Shown here: positions 9,636 to 19,650 of the stretch, piece after piece | Numbering within the stretch: the first letter of the stretch is position 1 | Layout: each line of letters opens with the position of its first letter | Assembly (NCBI GenBank): GCA_963804975.1 | Contig: CAWDSG010000002.1 | Span: forward strand, 208,991 to 272,990 | DNA: 64,000 nt | Source of the DNA: an uncultured bacterium | GTDB lineage: Bacteria > Patescibacteriota > Minisyncoccia > Phycocordibacterales > GWA1-40-21 | Direction of reading: 5' to 3' | The notes under the pieces: model-generated | The model's database searches: none | Told to the model about the DNA's origin: nothing | The model's input: the letters and a program-made list of their open reading frames with translations, nothing else | Program-made: the position numbers and the translations under genes

Positions 9636-10376
9636 ATGCAAGATCAAAATAAAAAAACTATCCACATTCATCCCATAACAAGGGTTATAAACGACATAAA
9701 CAGGATATTTTTTGAAATGGGCTTCACCCTTGCGGATGGTCCCGAACTTGAAACGGAGTACTACAATTTTGACGCACTCAACATTCCAAAAGATCATCCG
9801 GCAAGGGATATGCACGATACTTTTTGGCTGAAAAATAAGCCGGGATTTTTAATGCGCACACATACAAGCTCGATGCAGATTCGCTTTATGGAAAAAAATA
9901 ATCCGCCATTCGGAATTATTTGTCCGGGCAGAGTATTCAGAAACGAGGCGACAGACGCGCGGCATGAAGCGCTTTTTCACCAGGTTGAAGGGCTTTATGT
10001 AGATAAGGATGTTTCTCTTGCGTCTTTAAAATCAGTACTGAACGATTTTTTTGACAGATTTTTTGAAAAAGATGTTGATATAAGATTCAGGCCGAGCTAT
10101 TTTCCTTTTGTCGAGCCCGGAGTCGAAATAGATGTTTCTTGCTTTAAATGCAAAGGGAAAGGAAAGTGCCAGGTTTGCGGAGGTTCCGGATGGCTTGAAG
10201 TCGTGGGTGCCGGCATGGTCCATCCGAAAGTATTGAATGGTGTCGGAATAAACCCGAACGAATGGCGCGGTTTTGCGTTTGGCGTCGGGATAGATCGCCT
10301 TGCCATGCTTAAATACGGCATAGACGATATTCGCCTGTTTTATTCCGGAGATTTGAGATTGGTAAATCAATTTTAA
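9636..10376 (+). CDS. pheS: phenylalanine--tRNA ligase alpha subunit
   Basis: 'HPARDMHDTFWL', 'FRNEATDARHEALFHQVEG', 'GWLEVVGAGMVHP' and 'GFAFGVGIDRLAML' are class II aaRS PheS motifs; contains an extra CxxC...CxxC knuckle; TATAAT 6 nt upstream of the ATG. Confidence 0.9.
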   Translation: MQDQNKKTIHIHPITRVINDINRIFFEMGFTLADGPELETEYYNFDALNIPKDHPARDMHDTFWLKNKPGFLMRTHTSSMQIRFMEKNNPPFGIICPGRVFRNEATDARHEALFHQVEGLYVDKDVSLASLKSVLNDFFDRFFEKDVDIRFRPSYFPFVEPGVEIDVSCFKCKGKGKCQVCGGSGWLEVVGAGMVHPKVLNGVGINPNEWRGFAFGVGIDRLAMLKYGIDDIRLFYSGDLRLVNQF

Positions 10377-10379
10377 TTT

Positions 10380-12308
10380 ATGAAAGTATCTTACAATTGG
10401 CTCAATGAATTTTTAAAAGGAAAGGCGCCCAAACCGGAAAAACTGGCCGATCTTTTGACTATGCATTCAATGGATGTTGAAGGAATAGAAAAAGTCGGCA
10501 GTGATTTTGTCATAGATGCAAAAACCACTCCGAATCTGAATCATTACTGTCTGTGCCATAGAGGAATTGCAAGAGAGATTGCCGCCATAATCAATATTAA
10601 ACCGGAAAAATATTCAAGAATATTCAAGGATTATGAAATATCCGGAACATCAAAAAAACTTTCCGTGGAAATCGCCGATAAGAAACTCTGCAGAAGATAT
10701 ATCGGCAGGGCAGTCGAGAATATAAAAGTTGGCCCATCGCCGGAATGGCTCAGAAAAAAACTTGAGATATTAGGCCAAAGATCAATCAATAATATCGTTG
10801 ACGCCACAAATTTTGTAATGCTTGAAATCGGCCAGCCATTGCATGCTTTTGATGCCGATAAGCTTAGATCAAACAAAATTGTCGTGAAGAATGCTGTTTC
10901 CGGCCAAAAAATAACGACGCTTGATAGGAAAAATGTTGAACTCGATGAAAGTGTCATCCTTATTACCGACGGCCAGAATCCTTTGGCGATTGCCGGCATC
11001 AAAGGCGGAACATATGCCGAACTTGGCGATACGACAACCGATATCGTTCTTGAATCGGCAAATTTTGATCCAATTTTGATAAGAAAAACCGCGCAAAATA
11101 TAAAAATTCAGACGGAAGCATCAAGAAGATATGAAAATGATTTGACGCCGGAACTCTGCTTGGAAGCAATGGATATTCTGACAAAACTTATAGTGGAAAT
11201 CGCCGGCACAAAAGATACGAAAGTCGGTGAAATAGTTGATAATTATCCAAACAAAGCCGAAAAATATAAACTTGGCATCACGGCCGAAGAAGCAAGCGAT
11301 ATTATCGGCGTTAAAATATCCGGCAAAGACATCGAAAAAATTTTTGACAGATTCGGATTTGAATGGAAAAAGGAAGGAGATGAAATTGTCATTGCTGTGC
11401 CCAATGAACGTCTTGATCTTAGGATCAAAGAAGATTTAGCCGAAGAAATAGGAAGGATTTATGGCTATGAAAAAATAAAAGATATTAAAATACCAAAACC
11501 GGAAAAAACTGCCGGAATAGACAAAGGATTTGCATATAAGGAAAAAATCAGAGAAATTTTTTATGATCAAGGTTTTTCGGAAGTGATGAATTATACATTC
11601 AGAGACAGAGGTAATACGGAAATCGCAAATCCTATGTCTCCGGAGAAAAAATTTTTAAGAATGAATCTTACCGACGGCTTGAAAGAGTCGCTAGAATTTA
11701 ATGCCAGATACTCGGAGCTTGTTGATATGCCGCAGATAAGAATTTTTGAATTCGGCCATGTTTTCCCGGAAAGCGGCGAACAGGATAATTTTGCAACCGG
11801 TGTGAAAAATCCTCTCGGTTTGAAAACTCCGAAAGAAAAAGACATTTTGGAGCTGGCAATAAAAGCGCTTTCAGAAAATTTTAGCATTGAATTTCCCAGA
11901 ATAAATAAAGAAGAAAATATCGCCGAATTTGATTTTACAAAAATTCTTGAAAAACTACCCGAACTTAAAGAGTATGATTTATCGGAAATGGGGAATAAAA
12001 ACGCCAAATTCAAGAAGATTTCCCAGTATCCGTATATGATCCGAGATATCGCCGTATTTGTACCGGAAAATATAAAAGCCGAAAAGGTGCTTGAGATAAT
12101 TTTGCAAAATACCGGAGAGCTTATGATAAAAAACCGGCTTTTTGACGTATTCACAAAAAAATTCCCCGATGGTTCCGCAAAAATTTCCTATGCATTTCGT
12201 CTTATATTCCAATCATTTGAAAGAACTTTATCTGATGAAGAAGTCAACGCGATAATGAAAAAAATAGCCGATAAAATGAATAAAAATTCCGGCTGGCAGG
12301 TAAGATAA
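10380..12308 (+). CDS. pheT: phenylalanine--tRNA ligase beta subunit (minimal form)
   Basis: MKVSYNWLNEF N-terminus, B3/B4 and B5 regions; lacks the N-terminal tRNA-binding domain of long PheT (642 aa). Confidence 0.85.
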   Translation: MKVSYNWLNEFLKGKAPKPEKLADLLTMHSMDVEGIEKVGSDFVIDAKTTPNLNHYCLCHRGIAREIAAIINIKPEKYSRIFKDYEISGTSKKLSVEIADKKLCRRYIGRAVENIKVGPSPEWLRKKLEILGQRSINNIVDATNFVMLEIGQPLHAFDADKLRSNKIVVKNAVSGQKITTLDRKNVELDESVILITDGQNPLAIAGIKGGTYAELGDTTTDIVLESANFDPILIRKTAQNIKIQTEASRRYENDLTPELCLEAMDILTKLIVEIAGTKDTKVGEIVDNYPNKAEKYKLGITAEEASDIIGVKISGKDIEKIFDRFGFEWKKEGDEIVIAVPNERLDLRIKEDLAEEIGRIYGYEKIKDIKIPKPEKTAGIDKGFAYKEKIREIFYDQGFSEVMNYTFRDRGNTEIANPMSPEKKFLRMNLTDGLKESLEFNARYSELVDMPQIRIFEFGHVFPESGEQDNFATGVKNPLGLKTPKEKDILELAIKALSENFSIEFPRINKEENIAEFDFTKILEKLPELKEYDLSEMGNKNAKFKKISQYPYMIRDIAVFVPENIKAEKVLEIILQNTGELMIKNRLFDVFTKKFPDGSAKISYAFRLIFQSFERTLSDEEVNAIMKKIADKMNKNSGWQVR

Positions 12309-12314
12309 AAATGT

Positions 12315-12974
12315 ATGGGACAAATTGTAAAAAATCTGCCGAAAAGCGCGTGGAATGAGGTTATTGTTCATGAAAATAATGAGCCAATAATAACTCTGCA
12401 TGAAACAGATAAATTAATTTTTTGGGGAAAATTATCGTCATTTTCTGTAAATGAATATAAGGTAAGAAAAACAATCGCTAATATGCTGTATAAAGTTTCT
12501 GAAATTTTGCCAGAGAAATATAAATTAGTGATTATTGAAGGAGTTCGCTCATTATCAAAACAGAAAAAACAATGGGATGATAAAATTGAAGAATTAAAAA
12601 AATTATATCCTGATTTATCAAAGGAAGAAGTTGAACATAAAGCCGGATTGGAAAACGCGAGGCCAACTCCGCTTGCAAACCATAACTGCGGCGGAGCTGT
12701 TGATGTCGCTTTGGCTTACGTAGACGGTGTGCTTGTTGATATGGGAACATTGCCGCAATCTTCAACGCATGAAAAAGAAAAATTAGAAATGTTTTCTTTG
12801 TTTATAACAGAAAAACAAAAACATAACAGAAAAATTCTTCGCGATGCGATGGTAGAAATCGGCTTTATCTGGTATCCGGGAGAATGGTGGCATTATTGCT
12901 ATGGCGATCGAATGTGGGCCGTGTATTCAGGCAGAACAGAATGCTTTTATGGTCCACTAGAATCTGACAAATAA
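12315..12974 (+). CDS. D-Ala-D-Ala dipeptidase-like M15 metallopeptidase (VanX/DdpX family)
   Basis: Zn-ligand style 'NHNCGGAVDV' (H...D) and the C-terminal 'GEWWHY' motif characteristic of VanX/DdpX. Confidence 0.6.
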   Translation: MGQIVKNLPKSAWNEVIVHENNEPIITLHETDKLIFWGKLSSFSVNEYKVRKTIANMLYKVSEILPEKYKLVIIEGVRSLSKQKKQWDDKIEELKKLYPDLSKEEVEHKAGLENARPTPLANHNCGGAVDVALAYVDGVLVDMGTLPQSSTHEKEKLEMFSLFITEKQKHNRKILRDAMVEIGFIWYPGEWWHYCYGDRMWAVYSGRTECFYGPLESDK

Positions 12975-12982
12975 TAAAAAAA

Positions 12983-13020
12983 TACCAAACCTCTGTAGTG
13001 CATAATGTAGAGGTTTGGTA
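12983..13020. terminator. bidirectional hairpin between the VanX-like gene and the 13042-13254 gene
   Basis: Perfect 12-bp stem taccaaacctct...agaggtttggta. Confidence 0.65.
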
Positions 13021-13041
13021 TATGTTTGGGTATATTGTTTT

Positions 13042-13254
13042 TTAGGAAAGAGCTTGCCAACGACGATGCAACAATTCGCTGATATCTTCCTTTGCGAGCT
13101 CTTTTCCTGCTTTTTGGCTAGCTTCGGTGGTAATCCTCATCAAAGCAATATCTGATATGCCATCTTTGCCTTTTTTGGATTTTTTCGCCCGTTTGATTAA
13201 TCCGTCCAATCTTTCGGTTATAAAACCTTCAACTGTGCCATCCGCTATTGCCAT
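13042..13254 (-). CDS. small helical basic protein (hypothetical)
   Basis: 70 aa, K-rich; convergent with the VanX-like gene and sharing a perfect 12-bp-stem hairpin. Confidence 0.3.
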   Translation of the reverse strand: MAIADGTVEGFITERLDGLIKRAKKSKKGKDGISDIALMRITTEASQKAGKELAKEDISELLHRRWQALS

Positions 13255-13502
13255 ATAATCGGCTCCTTTTTGTCAAAAATTTACCCAGAAAAAAACTGTA
13301 ACATAATATATTTAGCTTTGCAAACATAAAGCAACATTTAATTACACTGGTGCCGTAATGTCTTTTGTTTAGGCCATTTAATCCACATATTAATCGCCAA
13401 TTTTTGTTTCCTTTTATGCTTTAAAAATGCTATAATTCAGGCATAAAAAGCCATCATACCTTCGGTAGATCTGCCATAGGCACGATAAGCTGTTTTAATT
13501 TT

Positions 13503-15593
13503 ATGCCTAAAAACAAGGACAAAGAAGATATAAAGGAATCCGCGGGCGGGCACCATTATGATGCCAGTTCCATTCAGGTTCTTGAGGGCCTGGAGCCGGT
13601 CAGAAAGCGTCCCGGAATGTATATCGGCACCACCGGGCCGGAAGGCCTGCAGCATCTCGTTACGGAGATTTTTGACAATTCGCGCGATGAAGCGATGGGC
13701 GGTTTTTGCGATCATATTGAGATTGCGCTTCTGCCCGGAAATAAAGTGAGAGTGGCCGATAACGGCAGAGGCATTCCGGTTGATATTCATAAACAGACAA
13801 AAGTTTCCGCACTTGAGACGATTATGACTACGCTTCACGCTGGAGGAAAGTTCGGCGGGGAAGAAACGGGATATAAGGTCTCGGGAGGTCTTCACGGCGT
13901 CGGCGCTTCCGTTGTAAACGCTCTTTCCGTTTATATGAAAGCCGTCGTGTATAAGGACGGAGGAATTTATTTTCAGGAATATTCAAAAGGCAAGAAAAAA
14001 GCTACGGTTAAAAAGATCGGGAAAACGGACAAGCACGGCACGATAATCACTTTTGAACCGGATCCGGAAATTTTCAAAGAAGGGATATCTTTTGATTTTG
14101 AGGAAATCATTTCCCATATGAGGCAGCAGGCATATCTTGTTAAGGGTTTGAAAATTTCGATTTTGGACGCAAGGGAATTTTTGGGAAAAATTGATGATGA
14201 AGGAATATTTTATTTTTCGGAGCTTGGGCTTGAAGTTCCTTCCCAATCATTTTGTTTTGAAGGCGGACTTTTGTCGCTTGTAAAATTTTATAATCAATTC
14301 CAAAAGCCGATACACAAGAATATTTTTTATGTCGAGAAGAAAACATTAACCGTAGAGTCCGTGGAAATTTCTTTACAGTATGTTGACGATATTTCATCAA
14401 GAGTTATGGCATTTGCGAACAATATTTACAATCCGGAAGGCGGTATGCATGTCACGGGATTCAAAACGTCGCTTACAAGAAGCCTGAACAACTATGCCAG
14501 AAAAAATAATCTAGTGAAAGAAAACGAAGATAATTTTACCGGCGACGACGCACTTGAGGGTTTGACAGTCGTTATTTCGGTCAAGATCCGCGAACCTCAA
14601 TTTGAAGGGCAGACGAAAGCAAAACTAGGTTCTGTTGAAGCCAGGGGTGCGGTGGAGGAGGTCTTTGGAGAGGCATTTTCGGCCTTTCTTGAAGAAAATC
14701 CGGATGATGCAAGGTCTATAATATCCAAAGTTATTTTGGCCCTGAAAGCCAGAAAAGCGGCAAAGGCGGCAAAGGATTCCATACTCCGAAAGGGCGCTTT
14801 GGAGGGCATGACTTTGCCGGGCAAACTTGCGGATTGCCAGAGCAAAGACGCTTCGGAATCAGAGTTGTTTATCGTGGAGGGAGATTCTGCGGGCGGCACG
14901 GCGAAAATGGGGCGAAACAGAAAAACTCAGGCCATACTTCCGCTCCGGGGAAAAATCTTGAATATTGAAAGGGCGCGGCTTGATAAGATGCTTGATTCGG
15001 AACAGATTAAGAATTTGGTGGTTGCGCTTGGTACGGCAATCGGAGATACATTTGATATTCAGAATTTGAGATACCACAAAATAATAATAGCTACCGATGC
15101 CGATGTTGACGGCGCGCATATCCGCACACTTTTACTGACTTTATTTTACAGATATTTCAGGCCGCTTATCGACGGAGGACACATTTGTATTGCCCAGCCG
15201 CCGCTTTATAAAGTAAAAATCGGAAAAGACACGAATTATTTTTATGATGACAAGGAAAAAGAAGCTTTTTTCAAGAAAGAAAAAATTTCCGATACCGAAG
15301 TTGCTGAAATACCCGAAGAAACTTCCGAAGAAATTTCAACGGGCAAGGAGCCTCTTGAAGCTGGTAAAAAGATTCAAAAAGTTTCCGTACAAAGATATAA
15401 AGGTTTGGGAGAAATGAACGCCGAAGAACTCTGGGAAACGACCATGGATCCTGCGAGAAGAATGATGAAAAGAGTGACTGTGGAAAATGCCGAGAATGCC
15501 GACAAGATTTTTGAAATGCTCATGGGCACTGATGTTCCGGCAAGGAAAGCATTTATTCAATCAAACGCGAAGCTGGCGAATATTGATATTTAA
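13503..15593 (+). CDS. gyrB: DNA gyrase subunit B
   Basis: GHKL ATPase motifs (LHHLVTEIFDNSRDEA, GLHGVGASVVNALS), Toprim 'ELFIVEGDSAGG', 'PLRGKILN'. Confidence 0.95.
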   Translation: MPKNKDKEDIKESAGGHHYDASSIQVLEGLEPVRKRPGMYIGTTGPEGLQHLVTEIFDNSRDEAMGGFCDHIEIALLPGNKVRVADNGRGIPVDIHKQTKVSALETIMTTLHAGGKFGGEETGYKVSGGLHGVGASVVNALSVYMKAVVYKDGGIYFQEYSKGKKKATVKKIGKTDKHGTIITFEPDPEIFKEGISFDFEEIISHMRQQAYLVKGLKISILDAREFLGKIDDEGIFYFSELGLEVPSQSFCFEGGLLSLVKFYNQFQKPIHKNIFYVEKKTLTVESVEISLQYVDDISSRVMAFANNIYNPEGGMHVTGFKTSLTRSLNNYARKNNLVKENEDNFTGDDALEGLTVVISVKIREPQFEGQTKAKLGSVEARGAVEEVFGEAFSAFLEENPDDARSIISKVILALKARKAAKAAKDSILRKGALEGMTLPGKLADCQSKDASESELFIVEGDSAGGTAKMGRNRKTQAILPLRGKILNIERARLDKMLDSEQIKNLVVALGTAIGDTFDIQNLRYHKIIIATDADVDGAHIRTLLLTLFYRYFRPLIDGGHICIAQPPLYKVKIGKDTNYFYDDKEKEAFFKKEKISDTEVAEIPEETSEEISTGKEPLEAGKKIQKVSVQRYKGLGEMNAEELWETTMDPARRMMKRVTVENAENADKIFEMLMGTDVPARKAFIQSNAKLANIDI

Positions 15594-15596
15594 AAA

Positions 15597-15617
15597 CCCC
15601 GAGGTTTAACCTCGGGG
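15597..15617 (+). terminator. intrinsic terminator after gyrB (ccccgaggtttaacctcgggg + T-run)
   Basis: 8-bp GC stem, T-run follows; identical 21-mer at 47259-47279. Confidence 0.8.
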
Positions 15618-15640
15618 TTTTTATCAACAGAGTTTATTTT

Positions 15641-16711
15641 TTAATACACCATAGCGCTACACTGAGTGGTAATCGTTTGTCCGTTTGAAGTGACAGCTAC
15701 ATTTGCGATTTTTTGGCCGGAAATGTAGTAGGTATGGGACACAGTGTTGTTTGTTGAATACAATCCGTCGGTTCCGGTCCAGTTGTAAGAGAAGTATCCA
15801 TTTCCGCCTGTTGCAGAAACAAACCAGTTTATTGTTCCGCCTGGATAAGTTGTCTGCGGATTGGCATAGCAAGTGGCATTGATATTTGTCCACGTATAGA
15901 TTGTGCCGTAGCCAAGCGTTGTTTGGACAGGGTAGACGCTTCCCGAATAATTCACATAGCCGCTGTTTCCGTAATAGCCGTTCGTATAATTCGTGCCTTC
16001 TATATTTATAGGAACTGTCAAAGAATTGTTGAATTTATTTGATTCGGCAACCAAACCCAACGGATCAACGGTTATATAACCTGTATTTATTCCTTGCGCA
16101 ACCGGGCTGTCAAAGCTTCCGGTAAAGACCATTTCATCACCCGGCCTTATTGATTGCTGATACGCCGAATCGTAATTCGGAGTTGTTCTTGAAGGCATGG
16201 TCAATCTGAGCGTCCAAGGGCCTGAAACATTCGTACCGATATTTCTGACTGCGAATTTTATTGCGACAGTATCGTTTGTGCCCGCATAAGGAGTTGCAAC
16301 GAACTGCCCTGAAGAATCAAGAACTCCGGTTCCGATCAAACTGATCGCCAAATCCGGCAAGCCATAATAACTCGGTGTGGCGGGAGCTGCGTATGTGTTG
16401 TATGTGTTATAGGTATTTGATGTTGAAGGCGCGGATGTTTTTGCTCCGCTTGTTGCCGGCTGTTCGGAATTTGCGTTTGTATTTTGTGAATTTGCGGAAG
16501 TTGATGTGGCGGGAATAAGAGTTGACGAAAGCGTGGTGGCTACGAAATTTGATCCGCTTGAAAAAAGAGCCGGAATCAATTTAAACGGTATCCAGATAAA
16601 AAGCGCGATCACGAGAATAATGCCGGCCGCTATGGCTGCCGTTATAAAATGATGTTTTGCAGTCATTGTTGGGACAACGTTGACTGTTTGTGGTGTTGTT
16701 TTGTCAGGCAT
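15641..16711 (-). CDS. membrane-anchored surface protein with CARDB-like and PKD-like domains
   Basis: N-terminal TM helix, S/T/N-rich linker, CARDB-like block (ISLIGTGVLD...NIGTNVSGPWTLRL), C-terminal PKD-like 'FSYNWTGTDG...TVSHTY'. Confidence 0.5.
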   Translation of the reverse strand: MPDKTTPQTVNVVPTMTAKHHFITAAIAAGIILVIALFIWIPFKLIPALFSSGSNFVATTLSSTLIPATSTSANSQNTNANSEQPATSGAKTSAPSTSNTYNTYNTYAAPATPSYYGLPDLAISLIGTGVLDSSGQFVATPYAGTNDTVAIKFAVRNIGTNVSGPWTLRLTMPSRTTPNYDSAYQQSIRPGDEMVFTGSFDSPVAQGINTGYITVDPLGLVAESNKFNNSLTVPINIEGTNYTNGYYGNSGYVNYSGSVYPVQTTLGYGTIYTWTNINATCYANPQTTYPGGTINWFVSATGGNGYFSYNWTGTDGLYSTNNTVSHTYYISGQKIANVAVTSNGQTITTQCSAMVY

Positions 16712-16817
16712 GATAATATTTGATAATAAATTATTAAATTTTTAGACAAAAGCATTATACACTACTTGACTTTTAATGTCAAGCTAGTATTATAAAGTAT
16801 ATAAAAATCGCCAAAAT

Positions 16818-17468
16818 ATGGAGGTAAATAAGGATAAAAACAAAATAGGCGTCAAAGAACTTATCTGGAAACACAAATTCCATTTTTTCCTCGATGTCAT
16901 CGTCATTTTTTTGATTACTTTCGCAATCTTGTACCTTTTTGGCCTGGTACCGAATGAATTCAACAGCACTATCGGCAGATATCCGGATAAAGAATCTGCT
17001 GGCAATCAAATTGGCGAGCTTCCTTTGACTTTGACAGCGCCGGAAGTCGGCATCAATACGGAGGTCTATAATCCGGACAGCACAAGCACGGAAGTTTTGG
17101 ACAGCTATCTTTTGAAAGGGGCGGTGCGATATCCCGGCTCCGGACTCCCGGGCGGAAGCGGAAATATTTTTATTTTCGGGCACAGCACCGGATTTAAAAT
17201 CGTGAATAATCAGGCGTTCAAGACCTTTGTCGGGCTTGATAAATTAAAAACAGGGGATCCGATCTATGTTTTTTCGGCAGGCAATGAATATATGTATAAA
17301 GTGCAATGGGTAAAATTGGAAACTGCCGACCAAGCGCTTGTTGTTTTTAATACGAAAGAAAATCTGCTTACAATTTCAACTTGCGACAGTTTTGGCGCAA
17401 AGGAGGACAGATATGTCGCACAGGCGCAATTTGTAAGCAGAGAACCATTACAGGCAAATACCAAATAA
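16818..17468 (+). CDS. sortase family transpeptidase
   Basis: N-terminal TM anchor, catalytic His 'FIFGHS', and the 'LLTISTCD' TLxTC Cys motif. Confidence 0.7.
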   Translation: MEVNKDKNKIGVKELIWKHKFHFFLDVIVIFLITFAILYLFGLVPNEFNSTIGRYPDKESAGNQIGELPLTLTAPEVGINTEVYNPDSTSTEVLDSYLLKGAVRYPGSGLPGGSGNIFIFGHSTGFKIVNNQAFKTFVGLDKLKTGDPIYVFSAGNEYMYKVQWVKLETADQALVVFNTKENLLTISTCDSFGAKEDRYVAQAQFVSREPLQANTK

Positions 17469-17480
17469 TAATTTTATTTC

Positions 17481-19247
17481 CTATTTCCTATTTTCTTTTT
17501 CTTCTTTTATTTTTTTCAAAAAATCTTCAAGTTTCATCTGGCCGAGCGCTCCGCGGGCGCGCGATTCCACGGAAATCTTTTTCGCCTCAATATCTTTGTC
17601 GCCGATGATGATTGTGTAAGGAATTTTCATATTTTTTGCATCCCTGACTTTTCCGCCCATATTGCCTTCATTCGTATCGCAATCAACTCTGAAGCCGGCA
17701 TTTTTCAATTCCTTTGCAATTTTTTCCGCATGAGAATTGTGATTTTCCCTGACAGGCACAATTTTTATCTGAACGGGCGAAAGCCAAAGAGGAAAGTTGC
17801 CGGCATAGTGTTCTATGAGAAAGCCGACAAATCTTTCATGAGTTCCAAGCGGCGCTCTGTGGATGCAAAGCGGCGTTTCTTCTTTTCCTTCTTTATTTAT
17901 GTAGGTTAAGCCGAATCTTTTCGGCACCGCAAAATCCACCTGGTTTGTAGCGAGCGTGAATTCTCTGCCAATAGCGCTCCAAACCTGAACATCAATTTTC
18001 GGCCCATAAAATGCGGCTTCATTCGGTACTTCTATAAAAGGAATTTTTGAATCAACCAAAACTTTTCTGACCATTTTTTCCGTTTTCTCCCAAAGTTTCG
18101 GCTCGTTTACGAATTTTTCCCCGAGTTTTTTCGGGTTGTGAGTGGAAAATCTCATCACATATTTATCAATGCCGAATATCTTGAAATATTTCAAATACAT
18201 ATCGTTGACCGCTCTGAATTCATCCGCAAATTGTTCCTCAGCGCAATATATGTGAGCATCGTTCATGGAAAGCATCCTGACTCTCATAAGTCCGAAAAGC
18301 TCGCCAGATTTTTCATTCCTATAGCATGTTCCATATTCTGCAAGACGAATAGGCAAATCTTTATAGCTTCTTCTTTCACTGCCAAAAATTTTGTGATGAT
18401 GAGGGCAATTCATTGCCTTCAAGTAGTATTTCACGCCTTCAAGTTCCATTGGCGGATACATACTTTCGGCGTAATATGGCAAATGTCCGCTTGTGATATA
18501 CATTGATTCTTTTGCGATATGAGGAGTTCTGACTCTGACATATCCGCCATCACACTCGGTTTCTTTGGCCAGATTTTCCAGTTCATCAACTATTACCGTG
18601 CCGTTTGGAAGCCAAAGCGGAAGTCCTGGGCCGACATCTTCATCAAACATAAAGATTTTTAATTCTTTGCCAAGTTTTCTGTGGTCTCTTTTTTCCGCTT
18701 CTATCATTTGCTTTTCATAAACATCCAATTCTTCTTTTGTATTAAAAGCCAAACCGTAAATTCTGGTAAGCATTTTATTTTTCTCGTTTCCTTTCCAGTA
18801 TGCGCCGGCGATTCTTTCCAGTTTCCATGCGCTGTTTTTCAAATCGTCGATTTTTTCCACATGAGGTCCGGCGCAAAGATCCGTAAAATTTCCGGAAGTG
18901 TAAATCGTAATGACTTGTCCGTCTTTTGCATATTCTTTTATGAGTTCAAGCTTGTATGGATTTTCGGCAAAAAGTTTTTTTGCATCTTTTTCCGAAATTT
19001 CCGCTTTGTCAAAAGATTTCCACTTTTTCAAAAGTTCCCGCATTTTTTGTCCAATCCTTCCTAGATCCTTGTCGGTGATAGGTGTTGTAAAACCTGCCTG
19101 GCCGGTAGGCAGGTCAAAGTCATAATAAAAGCCGTTGTCTATCGCCGGGCCTGTGGCGATTTTCACGTCCGGATATAATTCCGTAACAGCCGCGCCAAGC
19201 AAATGGGCGAGGGAATGGCGTATTTTGAAAATCTTATTTTCATTCAT
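17481..19247 (-). CDS. thrS: threonine--tRNA ligase (lacks N-terminal TGS domain)
   Basis: 'FKIRHSLAHLLGAAV' zinc/editing-domain start; class II motifs in the catalytic core; C-terminal anticodon-binding domain. The start is ambiguous: TTG at 19274 or ATG at 19247. Carries the in-frame 23-nt element. Confidence 0.9.
   Translation of the reverse strand: MNENKIFKIRHSLAHLLGAAVTELYPDVKIATGPAIDNGFYYDFDLPTGQAGFTTPITDKDLGRIGQKMRELLKKWKSFDKAEISEKDAKKLFAENPYKLELIKEYAKDGQVITIYTSGNFTDLCAGPHVEKIDDLKNSAWKLERIAGAYWKGNEKNKMLTRIYGLAFNTKEELDVYEKQMIEAEKRDHRKLGKELKIFMFDEDVGPGLPLWLPNGTVIVDELENLAKETECDGGYVRVRTPHIAKESMYITSGHLPYYAESMYPPMELEGVKYYLKAMNCPHHHKIFGSERRSYKDLPIRLAEYGTCYRNEKSGELFGLMRVRMLSMNDAHIYCAEEQFADEFRAVNDMYLKYFKIFGIDKYVMRFSTHNPKKLGEKFVNEPKLWEKTEKMVRKVLVDSKIPFIEVPNEAAFYGPKIDVQVWSAIGREFTLATNQVDFAVPKRFGLTYINKEGKEETPLCIHRAPLGTHERFVGFLIEHYAGNFPLWLSPVQIKIVPVRENHNSHAEKIAKELKNAGFRVDCDTNEGNMGGKVRDAKNMKIPYTIIIGDKDIEAKKISVESRARGALGQMKLEDFLKKIKEEKENRK
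19093..19115 (-). repeat. in-frame palindromic 23-nt element (encodes DLPTGQAG) in thrS
   Basis: The plus strand reads cctgcctggccggtaggcaggtc; in gene sense this is gacctgcctaccggccaggcagg. Confidence 0.9.
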
Positions 19248-19379
19248 ATTTTCATTGTAGCAAAAATACGGCAAAAATCTATACCGGCGATTTGACTAAA
19301 ACAGGGAAACTGATAGTATAAAATCTGGATTTCCAAGAGGTCAGAGGCCTCTGAAACTAGTTTTTCAAGGAGTATAGAA

Positions 19380-19607
19380 ATGAAAAGGATAAATAAAAAT
19401 CCGATAGTGCTTTTGGTAACTAATACTGATGTTCTTCGTAAACGCCAAGTCATACGCCGTGTTCTCAATACGCCACCCCATGTTTTAAAAGAGGCAATGC
19501 AACTTAGTTTAACGGTTAAAAATTGCTTCTTTGAGGTGCTGAATGATAAGGTTTTTGCCAAAGAAGAAAAGCTCATAGCTCATATTAAAGCGGCCTTGGA
19601 AGCTTAA
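19380..19607 (+). CDS. hypothetical small protein
   Basis: 75 aa; AAGGAG RBS 8 nt upstream; followed by a bidirectional terminator. Confidence 0.3.
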   Translation: MKRINKNPIVLLVTNTDVLRKRQVIRRVLNTPPHVLKEAMQLSLTVKNCFFEVLNDKVFAKEEKLIAHIKAALEA

Positions 19608-19616
19608 TGATTTTTT

Positions 19617-19650
19617 AAAAACCGCCCAGTTTCAATCGGGCGGTTTTTTA
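19617..19650. terminator. bidirectional terminator between the 19380 ORF and dnaE
   Basis: aaaaaccgcccag-tttcaat-cgggcggtttttt. Confidence 0.75.

Noticed and set aside
9525-9815. Minus-strand ORF overlapping tRNA-Thr and the pheS start; minus-strand ORF 60069-60335 overlapping tRNA-Ala(TGC)
   Set aside because: They overlap confidently folded tRNAs and have no expression signals, so they are artefacts of six-frame translation.
13437-13895. 152-aa minus-strand ORF overlapping the gyrB start
   Set aside because: It is antisense to the highly conserved gyrB N-terminus and has no RBS.
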